IMG/VR virus record: IMGVR_UViG_3300043777_000073
Location: 1-62,033 of that record
Reading direction: 5' to 3' (one strand)
Origin: a virus
Lineage: Duplodnaviria > Caudoviricetes
DNA: 62,033 bases
Part shown: piece by piece, positions 36,049 to 45,122 of the stretch
Position numbering within the stretch: the first letter of the stretch is position 1
Layout: every line of letters begins with the position of its first letter
Position numbers and translations under genes: made by a program
The notes under the pieces: generated by a model
What the model was told of the DNA's origin: nothing
What the model saw: only the letters and a program-made list of their open reading frames with translations
The model's database searches: none

Positions 36049-37617
36049 ATGGGTACTCCCGGGTACGCAACAATTTCGCTCGTCGACAACGGGGGCGCGG
36101 CCATCGTTGTGCCGAGCACGCAGGTCCAGGTCGTCATGGGCATTGCGTCTAGCGGCACGGTCGGCACCATCACCGCGACCAAGAGCCCGGCCACGCTTGC
36201 GAGCACCTTCGGATGGGGACCGCTACCTGAAGCCGCGGCATTGACGTGCCTCGCTGGCGGCACCGTGCTTGCGATCCCTCTGACGGCGGCCACCGCCGGC
36301 GCGCTTAGCGCGGTCACGACATCGCAAGGCAGTGGCGCATCGACGGGCACGTCGGTCACGACCGTCACTGGCACGCCGTACGACACCTACTTCGTCCAAG
36401 TCACGTACACGACGGGCGGCACGGTCGCGACCGGACCGATTGCCTTCACCATCTCGCTCGACGCGGGACGTACGGTCTCGCCGATCGTTCAGATCACGAC
36501 GGCCACTACCTATCTCATCCCTGGCACGGACATCACGCTCAACTTCGCGGCAGGAACGAAGATCGCGGGCAACTACGACCAGTTCTGCTCGACCGAGCCG
36601 CTCTGGAACGACGCAGGCGTGCTCGTCGCACTCAACGCGCTCAAGGCGAGCCCCTACGGCCAGCAGGGCTTCGGTTCGATGCACCTCGTCGGCGGGTCGA
36701 CCTCTCCCGGCTTCGGCACGAGCGGTGCGGCGGGCACCGACGCGACGACGATCGCTGGCGATTCGAGCGGATACATCACCGCGTGGTCGACCAACGTGCA
36801 GCCGATCTACGGCGAAGTCATCATGTCGGCTCGCGACGCCGAGGCTCCGACAGCCTGGGGCGGAAGCGGCGGCGAGACGGATTCGCAGTGGGCGACGTCG
36901 ATTCTCACGAGCTACAGCGCGGTCGCGGCGCGGCGCGCAAGCGTGTGCGCCGCCTACTACAACATGCCGTCTGCGCTCATCAACCCGCTCGGGATGGTGC
37001 CGCGCTTCCGCCGCTCGATCGCGTACTCGGTCGCTCAGCGCACGGTCCTCATGTCCGGTCCGCAGCGTAGTTGGGGCCGCGTCAAGGACGGGCCGCTCGG
37101 CAACATCGTCATCAACCCGCTCTCGGACCCGACCGACGGGTTCAACTACCACAACGAGGCGATCAACCCGGGTCTCAACGCGGGCCGGTTCGTCACGACG
37201 ACGACCCGCGCGTACCTGCAGGGAGTCTACGTGCTGCAGGCCAACAACATGGCCAGCACCGGGAGCCAGATCAACTCGCGGCCTCTCATGGCCGTGTGGA
37301 ACGTGGCGGCGACCATCCTCGTGCAGTTGGGGCAAGACCTCATCAACGACAACGTGCGCCTGCTTCCGGCGGGCACGCTCGACCCGCGCGACGCGGCCAC
37401 CATCGCGTCGAACCTTCTGAGCGGTCTCAACTCGAACATGACCGCGCAGCAGATGATCTCGAGCGCCACGGTCGTCGTCGACCCGACGGCGAACGTTGGC
37501 CAGAACGGCGTCGTGCCTGTCACGGCCACGCTCACGGCGCGCGGCATCGTGCTCCAGGTCAATGTCAACCTCCAGTACAGCGACTCGAGCCAGGCTGGCC
37601 CGGGCCAGCTCGGCTAG
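36049..37617 (+). CDS. tail sheath protein (DUF2586-like)
   Basis: STFGWGPL.EA, GRVKDGPL, LNAGRFVTTTT..LQGVYV; 522 aa, upstream of the tube gene. Confidence 0.8.
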   Translation: MGTPGYATISLVDNGGAAIVVPSTQVQVVMGIASSGTVGTITATKSPATLASTFGWGPLPEAAALTCLAGGTVLAIPLTAATAGALSAVTTSQGSGASTGTSVTTVTGTPYDTYFVQVTYTTGGTVATGPIAFTISLDAGRTVSPIVQITTATTYLIPGTDITLNFAAGTKIAGNYDQFCSTEPLWNDAGVLVALNALKASPYGQQGFGSMHLVGGSTSPGFGTSGAAGTDATTIAGDSSGYITAWSTNVQPIYGEVIMSARDAEAPTAWGGSGGETDSQWATSILTSYSAVAARRASVCAAYYNMPSALINPLGMVPRFRRSIAYSVAQRTVLMSGPQRSWGRVKDGPLGNIVINPLSDPTDGFNYHNEAINPGLNAGRFVTTTTRAYLQGVYVLQANNMASTGSQINSRPLMAVWNVAATILVQLGQDLINDNVRLLPAGTLDPRDAATIASNLLSGLNSNMTAQQMISSATVVVDPTANVGQNGVVPVTATLTARGIVLQVNVNLQYSDSSQAGPGQLG

Positions 37618-37641
37618 CCCGCGTAGGAGAACAGCAAGCCC

Positions 37642-38175
37642 ATGGCAAACGTAGGCGTAAACCTCGGAGTCTCGATCGGTGGCTTCGGTCTGCCGCTCCA
37701 GTATCCGCTCATCAACGGCGTCAGCTACTCGTGGGCGTCGATCGAGTTCAAGTTCGCCGGGGGCCCGGGCATCACCGCCGTGCTCTCGACCGACTACAAG
37801 ATCACGCGCGAGCGCAAGAAGACCTACGGCACAAACGTCAACCCGCTGCGAAAGACGCGCGGGAAGATCGACTACTCGGCCAAGTGGAAGATGGCGCTGC
37901 CGGAAGCGTACAACCTCATCGGGGCTCTCGGCGCCCAAGACCCGACTGGGCAGAATGCTTACGGTGACGTCTTCTGGGTCGCGACGATCACGTACTCGGA
38001 GAACGGCTTCTCGACGATCAACGTCGTCATCGAGGGTAACACCCTCGACACGTGGGAGAACTCGCACGCCGAAGGCGTCGAGGAGCCCGTGGTCGAGTTC
38101 GAAAGCAATCCACTCCGCATCCTCGTGAACGGTCAGCCGATGAGCAGCATCCCGCTCTCGGCTCCGCAGTTCTAG
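37642..38175 (+). CDS. tail tube protein
   Basis: INGVSYSWASIE...YG...P...TRG; follows the sheath gene. Confidence 0.8.
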   Translation: MANVGVNLGVSIGGFGLPLQYPLINGVSYSWASIEFKFAGGPGITAVLSTDYKITRERKKTYGTNVNPLRKTRGKIDYSAKWKMALPEAYNLIGALGAQDPTGQNAYGDVFWVATITYSENGFSTINVVIEGNTLDTWENSHAEGVEEPVVEFESNPLRILVNGQPMSSIPLSAPQF

Positions 38176-38274
38176 TCCACGTCAGCATCGTTTACGGCAG
38201 GGGCCACCTTGCCCGGAGCGCCAAGCGGGTCACCGCCGGTGCGCTCCACCTTTCACCCAAAGGAGGCCCAGCCC

Positions 38275-38613
38275 ATGTCCGTCGACGAAAGTGTAATCCC
38301 GCAAGCGAAACTCGAAGCCCTCGAAGCGCAGTGGAAGCGCATCGGTGTCGTCACCCACCCGGACGGAAAGTCCTGGGCGGTCGTGCTGCGCAAGCCGACG
38401 CGCTCCGAGTACAAGCTCTTCAAGGCGAACGCGAACAATCCAGCAACGACGCCGGAGGCCCAAGAGAAGCTCTTCAAGGCCACGTGCGTGCTGCCCGAAG
38501 GACAGCCGGCGATCGAGGCGCTGCTCGAAGAGTGGCCCGGGATCCCCGAGGCCTGCGGCAAAACCTTCCAGATGCTCGCCGGCATGTCGGGTGTCGAAGA
38601 GGGAAAATCCTAG
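38275..38613 (+). CDS. tail assembly chaperone (G-like)
   Basis: AGGAGG RBS; VLRKPTRSEY; ends at a slippery site. Confidence 0.8.
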   Translation: MSVDESVIPQAKLEALEAQWKRIGVVTHPDGKSWAVVLRKPTRSEYKLFKANANNPATTPEAQEKLFKATCVLPEGQPAIEALLEEWPGIPEACGKTFQMLAGMSGVEEGKS

Positions 38614-38780
38614 AGCGCCTCATCTTCAAGATGCGGCGCAGCCCAGAAGCATTTGCTGAGGGACTAGATCAATGGGCGCTGCACACGGACAGCCTCGAAG
38701 CGGAAGCTGCGAGGCTGAATGTGGCAGCGCTTTTTTTGCTAGCCGGCAACTACATGACCGATGGTAAGTTCAGCAAGTGA
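38601..38780 (+). other. programmed -1 frameshift site G GGA AAA (38601-38607) and GT-like extension to 38780
   Basis: X XXY YYZ heptamer in the correct phase just before the stop; the -1 frame is open to 38780. Confidence 0.75.
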
Positions 38781-39310
38781 ACCTAGCCAACGTCGCGCGC
38801 GGCCCGCGACCCAAGGGAGAGCCGCTATGCTGCAAGGGATGCTCCACTAGAGATCCGTCGCGGTTCCGTAGTCAGCATGACTGGTTCTGTATCGCGTGCC
38901 GAAAGACGCGCAACAAAGCGAAGCTCAATAGACCGTACTATCGCAAGTACGCGAAGCGAAGGCAACGTGACCCGAACTTGCGTTCGCGCGACCGAGCGCA
39001 GAAGCGAAAGCGCGAACGTGAACGACATGAGACCGAGCCGGGATACACCGATGAGGTTCGTGCGCGCTATATCGCGTGGAAGTACGGTGTCACGAGAACT
39101 GAGGCCAGGAAGCTTCTAGCGGCAAAGCGTAGGCGCTGTCCGATATGCCGCAGGAAGCTGACACAGCGACAGATGGTGATCGACCACCACCACAAGAAAA
39201 AACGCGTGCGGAAAGTCATCTGCACGTCCTGCAACACGGGAATCGGATATTTCCGAGAGGACGTCAAAGCCATGGCGCGCGCGATCGATCATCTGAAAGA
39301 GCACGAGTAG
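38777..39310 (+). CDS. endonuclease VII-like (HNH-superfamily) putative homing endonuclease
   Basis: CPIC...IDHHH...VRKVICTSCNTGIGYFRED. Confidence 0.85.
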   Translation: MNLANVARGPRPKGEPLCCKGCSTRDPSRFRSQHDWFCIACRKTRNKAKLNRPYYRKYAKRRQRDPNLRSRDRAQKRKRERERHETEPGYTDEVRARYIAWKYGVTRTEARKLLAAKRRRCPICRRKLTQRQMVIDHHHKKKRVRKVICTSCNTGIGYFREDVKAMARAIDHLKEHE

Positions 39311-39311
39311 C

Positions 39312-39575
39312 ATGGCGCGCATCCGAATCGTGACGCGCGTCGTGCGTCCACCGCCCACGCCTCCAGGCGCCGGGTATCCGCTCATAAACGGGTGCTGCGC
39401 CGCCCTTCCCGACTGCTACGTGTCGCTCATCAAAGACGACGGCACGGAGGTCCCGCTCGATGGCGGGATGATTACGGCGATCGAGTGGGTGGCCAGCGGC
39501 TCGGATGCGTGCACGGCGCGCATCACGTTCGCGAACACCGAGGTCGACGTCGAAGCAGAGTGGGAGTCAGGATAA
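39312..39575 (+). CDS. small protein resembling part of the tail tube
   Basis: YPLING is shared with 37642-38175. Confidence 0.5.
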   Translation: MARIRIVTRVVRPPPTPPGAGYPLINGCCAALPDCYVSLIKDDGTEVPLDGGMITAIEWVASGSDACTARITFANTEVDVEAEWESG

Positions 39576-41399
39576 GTGGCGATCGTCTGGGGCCTCGAAA
39601 TCCGCGACACGGTCTCCGCTCCGGCGAACGCGGCCGCGTCAGCGATGGGGGACGCGGCTCAGCAGGCCAAGGCTCTTACGTCGGCGATGAAGTCCGCGCA
39701 GTCGGCGCTCGCCAAGGCGCAGGCACTTGGCGACGTGAAAGGCGTCAAACAGGCGGCCGCCAACTTCCACCTGTTCAATGAGGCACTGAGCGCGCTACCG
39801 CCGCCGGCTGCCGCAGCAGCTGAGGGAACGAAGCACCTCACTGAGTCAATGACCGAATCCGTCTTCAAGGCGGAGCTGCTCAAGGACGCGGTCGAAGAGC
39901 TTGCCAAGAAGGGACTCGAAGCCCTCAAAGAGGGGTTCATGTTCGCCATCGAGGCGAGCGAGAACCTCAAGCGCATGACCGCGCAGTTCGACGCGCTCGG
40001 GCCGGCGGGGCAGCACGCGGGCGCGCAGACGATCGCCGCCATCCGCGGCATCGCCAAAGAGGTCCCGCAGTCCGAGGCGCAGATCGCCGCGTGGGCCAGG
40101 TCGCTGCAGGCGACCGGCACGATCAAGCTCGACAAGCTCAAGGACCAGATCAAAGCCATCGCGGGGGCCGACGCGCTCGGTGCGGTCGAGGGCGCGGGAG
40201 ACAACGTTCGTTCGATGCTCGCCAAGCTCAACGAGCAAGGGGCGGGGGCCGGCAAGGTCAAGTTCTCGCTCGCGCAGCTCGCGCCCACCGGCATCAGTGA
40301 GCCGGAGTTTCTCCATGCGCTCGGCATGACGCCGCAAAACTTCGCGGCTGCCAAGAAGGCCGGCACGCTCAGCGGTCAGCAGATCTCCGACGCGATCGTC
40401 AAAGCCATCAACATCAAGTCCGGCGGCGCGCTCGAAGCGCAGATGGACGAACTCGGAACACTCGCGACCAAGGCGAAAGACTCGCTCACGCATCTCTTCG
40501 AGGACGTGGACGTCTCGCCGCTCACCGACGGGCTCAAAGAGTTCTTCTCGATCTTCGACGCGGCCACGCCGAGCGGCGCCACGCTCAAGCGAGGCATCAC
40601 CGCGGTCTTCAAGGAGATCGTCCAGATCCTGCTCAAGGTGCGCGACGGATTCCTGCACGTCGTCATTGCGTTCCTGCAGGGTGCGCTCTTCATCAAGAAG
40701 CACGGCGAGGGGATCAAGGCCGTCATCCTTGGGGTCGGCGCTGCGTTGCTCTTCGCCTTTGGCCCGGCGGCTCTCGTCGCCATAGGCGCGTACACGGTCG
40801 CCATGATCGGTGCGGCCATCGCGACGATCGCAGCGAACCTGCCGCTCATTCTCATCGCGGCGGCCATCGGTCTCATCACCGCGGCCGTCATCTACTTCTG
40901 GCCCCAGATCAAAAAGGCCATCGCGGCCATCGCGGAGTTCGCGACCAAAGGCTGGAACATGGCCGTCGACTTCGTCGCTGGTCTGGTCGGCGGCTTCATG
41001 AGCGGCGTCAAGAAGGTCGAGGACGCCGCGTCGAACGTCGCGCACGCGGCTATCGACGCCGTCAAGAACATCTTCAAGAGCCACTCGCCCTCGCAGGTGA
41101 TGATGGACGTCGGGGCCAGCATCCCAGAGGGGCTCGCTGGCGGCATCGACGCCGGCACTGGCAAGGCCGTAGGCGCCTCGCAGGACATGGCCAGCGACGT
41201 CGTGGGCGCGGCGGGACCACGCGGCGCAGCTGGCGCTGGCGGGGGAGGCGGCGGTGTCAACATCACGATCGAAAGCTTCGTCATCGAGGCGGGCCACGCG
41301 GCCACGCCGGCGGAACTGAAGGACCTGGTCGAAGAGGGCTTCTCGACGCTGGCCGATCGGCTCGCGCTCATGGTGGGCGCGGGTCCGAGCCCGGCATAG
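39576..41399 (+). CDS. tape measure protein
   Basis: Ala-rich helical 607 aa with a hydrophobic stretch and HSPSQVM motif; follows the chaperones. Confidence 0.9.
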   Translation: MAIVWGLEIRDTVSAPANAAASAMGDAAQQAKALTSAMKSAQSALAKAQALGDVKGVKQAAANFHLFNEALSALPPPAAAAAEGTKHLTESMTESVFKAELLKDAVEELAKKGLEALKEGFMFAIEASENLKRMTAQFDALGPAGQHAGAQTIAAIRGIAKEVPQSEAQIAAWARSLQATGTIKLDKLKDQIKAIAGADALGAVEGAGDNVRSMLAKLNEQGAGAGKVKFSLAQLAPTGISEPEFLHALGMTPQNFAAAKKAGTLSGQQISDAIVKAINIKSGGALEAQMDELGTLATKAKDSLTHLFEDVDVSPLTDGLKEFFSIFDAATPSGATLKRGITAVFKEIVQILLKVRDGFLHVVIAFLQGALFIKKHGEGIKAVILGVGAALLFAFGPAALVAIGAYTVAMIGAAIATIAANLPLILIAAAIGLITAAVIYFWPQIKKAIAAIAEFATKGWNMAVDFVAGLVGGFMSGVKKVEDAASNVAHAAIDAVKNIFKSHSPSQVMMDVGASIPEGLAGGIDAGTGKAVGASQDMASDVVGAAGPRGAAGAGGGGGGVNITIESFVIEAGHAATPAELKDLVEEGFSTLADRLALMVGAGPSPA

Positions 41400-41406
41400 G
41401 GACAAG

Positions 41407-41973
41407 ATGGGACTCGGTCAGAACTCCCCCATCAGCAAGCCGTCGTCGTGGGACTACTGCCTGGTCGCTGGCACCGAGTGCCCAGGATGGTGCGAGGTCT
41501 CAGGCTGGACGCGCGACTGGGGCTGGCAGGAAAAGCGCGGCAAGGGCGTGCAGGGCACGACCCTCACGTACACCGGCAAGCCGAGCGCCAAGGGCACCAT
41601 CAAGTTCTACCTGACGACTGACCAAGACTTCGCCGACTGGGACACGTTCTACCCGCTCTTCAAGTACGATCCGACGCGCAAGACCATCGAGGGCGTCGAC
41701 ATCAAGCATCCAGCGCTGCAGGCGATTGGCGTCAAGGCGTGCGTGTGCGAAACCATTGGACAGCCGGAGCACGAGGGCCTGTCGCTCTGGTCGATCACCG
41801 TCAAGCTCATCGAGTACGCGCCTCCACCGAAGGCCGCAGCGGTCGCAACCCCGGCAGGGGCGGACAACGGAAAGAACGGAGTCAACGCGGGCGTGGGCCC
41901 AGCGCCGCCAGCGCCGACCAACCCGCTCATCGCCAAGGTCGCCTCACTCATCACGGAACTCGGGGCCCCGTAG
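41407..41973 (+). CDS. putative tail tube initiator protein
   Basis: Position after the tape measure gene; PGWCEV...KGVQGTTLTY...IKHPAL. Confidence 0.6.
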   Translation: MGLGQNSPISKPSSWDYCLVAGTECPGWCEVSGWTRDWGWQEKRGKGVQGTTLTYTGKPSAKGTIKFYLTTDQDFADWDTFYPLFKYDPTRKTIEGVDIKHPALQAIGVKACVCETIGQPEHEGLSLWSITVKLIEYAPPPKAAAVATPAGADNGKNGVNAGVGPAPPAPTNPLIAKVASLITELGAP

Positions 41974-41977
41974 CACC

Positions 41978-42631
41978 ATGGCGGCTTTCGCCAACGTCAA
42001 CGGGCAAGGCACGGTGTCGCTCAACCTGGCGATCCCGCTCTACGGCCTCTGGGTCGCGGACGTCGCGCTCGCGCTCGGTACGGCTATCGCCACCGGGCCG
42101 GTCACGCTCACGCTCGGCAACATGACGCTCACGGGCGCCGTGTATCGCCAGAACGTTTTCGCAGGGCAAGTCAAGGCGCGCATCGTCGGAGGCGCGGGCG
42201 GCTGGAACCAGAAGGTCGAGGCACGCGGATACAATAACCCGAGCGGCGTGCTGCTCTCGATGGTCGTCGGCGACGCCGCGAGCGAGGTCGGCGAGTCCGT
42301 CTCGATCGCGCAAGACCAAGTGATCGGAAACTTCTACGCGCGCTTCGCCGACAAGGCCTCGCGCGTGCTCGCCGCGGTCGGCGGCCCTTCGTGGTGGGTC
42401 GATAGCTCGGGCGTGACGCACATCGGGCCGAGGCCGACACCGACCATCATGAGCGCCTTCGTCGTCGAGGACTACCGGCCGAACACGGGCGAGCTTGTCA
42501 TCTCGACTGAGGACTACGCCAGCTGGCAGCCTGGCGCGAGCTTCACGAGCGCGACGACTGGCACGCAGACCGTCGCCAGCGTGCGCCACGAGATGCACGA
42601 GAAGGCGACCATGAAGATCCTTGCGGCATGA
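41978..42631 (+). CDS. putative baseplate hub protein
   Basis: IPLYGLWVADV...RIVGGAGGW...WWVDSSGVTHIG; position. Confidence 0.6.
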   Translation: MAAFANVNGQGTVSLNLAIPLYGLWVADVALALGTAIATGPVTLTLGNMTLTGAVYRQNVFAGQVKARIVGGAGGWNQKVEARGYNNPSGVLLSMVVGDAASEVGESVSIAQDQVIGNFYARFADKASRVLAAVGGPSWWVDSSGVTHIGPRPTPTIMSAFVVEDYRPNTGELVISTEDYASWQPGASFTSATTGTQTVASVRHEMHEKATMKILAA

Positions 42632-43221
42632 GTAACGCCACTCCCGAGACCGACCGATGGCTTGCGTCGATGCGGGAGATCGTCCGGCAGGAACTCGCGC
42701 GGCGGCTGCTCGGCGAGTACGACTACGTCGTAGCCAGCGCAAACGGCACGACGATCGACGCAACACCGGCCGACCCGCAAGACACTGGGGCTCCGAACAT
42801 CTCTGGCCTTTCCGTCTGGATGGGCGTGCCGGGCGGTTCGTGCCAGCCCGCTGAGGGTTCGCACATCACGGTCGTCTTCCTTGACGGCAATCGGACCAAG
42901 CCGAGAGTGCGCGGGTACGACGGCACGCTCGGCGTATCGGTCACGATTGCCGACGCGACGGTCAACCTCGGTCCGACGCCAGCGCGTCAAGGCGTCGTGC
43001 TCAACGAAGAACTGCTGACACTTCTAGGGTTGCTCGACACAGCGCTCCAAGCCCTCCAAGCGCTTACGGTGACCATGACGGCGCCGACGGGCACGGTGGT
43101 ATCCTCCGACGTCGGAGGGGCATTCACTTTGCTGACGGCCGCCATCACGACGGCCGTCGAGGCGTTCACGAACGGGCTCGCTCAGCCCATTGCATCAACG
43201 ACAGTCCAGGCCTCCCCATGA
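42628..43221 (+). CDS. putative baseplate spike (gpV-like OB fold)
   Basis: PAEGSHITVVFLDGNRTKPRV. Confidence 0.65.
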   Translation: MSNATPETDRWLASMREIVRQELARRLLGEYDYVVASANGTTIDATPADPQDTGAPNISGLSVWMGVPGGSCQPAEGSHITVVFLDGNRTKPRVRGYDGTLGVSVTIADATVNLGPTPARQGVVLNEELLTLLGLLDTALQALQALTVTMTAPTGTVVSSDVGGAFTLLTAAITTAVEAFTNGLAQPIASTTVQASP

Positions 43222-44693
43222 AAGACAAGCCCATGAAAAGCGTTCGCCTCATCATCCTCGCCTCGATGGCCCTTCTCGTGGCCTGCTCCGGCGTCAAGCA
43301 GAAGCCGACGCACTACAGCGCGGTCTACGTGCCTCCGTCGTCGCTCACCGTGCCGCAGTGGTACATCGACGTGCAGAACACGAGCACGTGCGCCAGCGAC
43401 CAGAATAACGGCACGACATCGACGTGTGGCGGGAGCGATTCGACGGGCACGCCCAACGGCCCGATGCTCACGGCCTACGGCCTTGTCTCCGGTCGGTGGA
43501 ACTGCCAGTCGGCTGTGCAAGGATGCCCGCGGTTGCCGCAGAACACGACGGTCACCTTCCTCAGCGAGTACGCGACGGCGGCAGCAGCAGCAGCGGACCT
43601 CGTGTACCTGAGTCCGTCGCTCGAAGGCGGCTCGTACCTCAGCATCGTGTGCAACCTGCCAGCTCCGCTCGCGACTGGAGCGCTCGGCACGGTCACGGCG
43701 CTCAATGCGGCTCAGGGCGTGCTCCTGCAGTTCAGCAGCGTGCCAGGCTCGCCAGCAGTCGGGCAGCTCGTCGTCAACACGACGCACCCTGGCTACGCGT
43801 GGGTCCAGACGGCGTCCAACCCCGACGGAGGATCGCCAACCGGGACCACTCTAACGCAGCCGATGCTTGCGCAAGCTGTCCCGCTGACGAACGGTACGCC
43901 ACCGGCCGAAGTGACCGGGTGGACGACCAGCGACGCGGTCTCCGTGTACCAGCCGGGTTACGTGGCCTTCGCTTCCATCAACCCGATTGCCGAGAACATC
44001 GGCTCAAGCTCCAACGCCGGGCGCGTTTACGTCACTGGCTGCGCGAATGCGGCCGAGGTCGGCAATGCCCAGACGACGCTCAACGGCAACGTGCACTTCA
44101 TTCAATCCTCTAGCGCACGCATGCTCGTCATGTCGGCGGCCGGCGGCGGCACGGCGACGCAATACTTCATCAACGATTACCTGAGCGCCACCGTCTCCCT
44201 TGGAAGCCTGCAGCGCAGCACGCAGACGGTCTTTGCAGGAGGGCTCGCGACAGCCATCAACGGTGGCAGCGTCGTGCTCGATGGCGACCTCGTCGTGACC
44301 AGCGCGACCATCGGAAACGGCTCGGTGCTCGGCCGCGTGTATGTCGGTACCGCCATCACGGCGCCAGACGGTTTCGACAAGGTCGCGATCGCCAACTACG
44401 GGAACCCGGCGGTGTACGGGCCAGGCAACGTCAACACGCTTGCGGCCCACGTGTCCTACTCGTCGGACGCCGCCGCGCCGGATCCGGGGCTCATATTCCT
44501 CAACGTGGACGCCGGAGGCGCGCTGCAGATCAACGGGCAGACCAAGGCCTGCATCTGCATCCCTGGCTACGCAGCCATGGGAGCGTGCAACCAGGTGGTC
44601 TCGCCGGGGCTTCTCAAGTCGACGCTGAACGCGGACGCCGGCACGCCAGGCACGCTCTGTTACCCGGCCGGCGGCGCGTTCGGGAACCTGTAG
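43218..44693 (+). CDS. predicted lipoprotein-like protein within the baseplate cluster
   Basis: MKSVRLIILASMALLVAC lipobox; WYID...ASDQNNG. Confidence 0.65.
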   Translation: MKDKPMKSVRLIILASMALLVACSGVKQKPTHYSAVYVPPSSLTVPQWYIDVQNTSTCASDQNNGTTSTCGGSDSTGTPNGPMLTAYGLVSGRWNCQSAVQGCPRLPQNTTVTFLSEYATAAAAAADLVYLSPSLEGGSYLSIVCNLPAPLATGALGTVTALNAAQGVLLQFSSVPGSPAVGQLVVNTTHPGYAWVQTASNPDGGSPTGTTLTQPMLAQAVPLTNGTPPAEVTGWTTSDAVSVYQPGYVAFASINPIAENIGSSSNAGRVYVTGCANAAEVGNAQTTLNGNVHFIQSSSARMLVMSAAGGGTATQYFINDYLSATVSLGSLQRSTQTVFAGGLATAINGGSVVLDGDLVVTSATIGNGSVLGRVYVGTAITAPDGFDKVAIANYGNPAVYGPGNVNTLAAHVSYSSDAAAPDPGLIFLNVDAGGALQINGQTKACICIPGYAAMGACNQVVSPGLLKSTLNADAGTPGTLCYPAGGAFGNL

Positions 44694-44714
44694 GCGAATC
44701 ACTCGGACTCGCCC

Positions 44715-45122
44715 ATGAACTCGACGACCACCGACTACGGCTCGGACATGAGCCTTCTGATGGATCTCGATCCCATGGGCACGACCGTGCGCGGCCGGCT
44801 TCTGCTCGCGCAAGCGCTCATCCGTCGATGGACGACGCCGCGCGGTCGCCTGCTCGACGACCCAAACTACGGCTACGCGGTGACCGACGAACTCAACGAC
44901 GATCTCAGCCCAGCGGACGTGAGTGACATCGCCGACAACATGGACGCTGAGGCCATCAAAGACGAGCGCGTCGTCTCGAGCCAGACGCAAGTGCAGTTCA
45001 ACAAGGCGAATGGCTACCTCATCACGACGACCATCATCGACGATGGCGCCGGGCCCTTCCCGCTCGTGCTGCAGATCAGCGACGTGACCGTGACCATCCT
45101 CTCGCAGCAGCTTCTGGTCTGA
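44715..45122 (+). CDS. baseplate wedge protein (gp25 / Mu gp46-like)
   Basis: LAQALIRRWTTPRGRL..DPNYG...EAIKDERV. Confidence 0.8.
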   Translation: MNSTTTDYGSDMSLLMDLDPMGTTVRGRLLLAQALIRRWTTPRGRLLDDPNYGYAVTDELNDDLSPADVSDIADNMDAEAIKDERVVSSQTQVQFNKANGYLITTTIIDDGAGPFPLVLQISDVTVTILSQQLLV

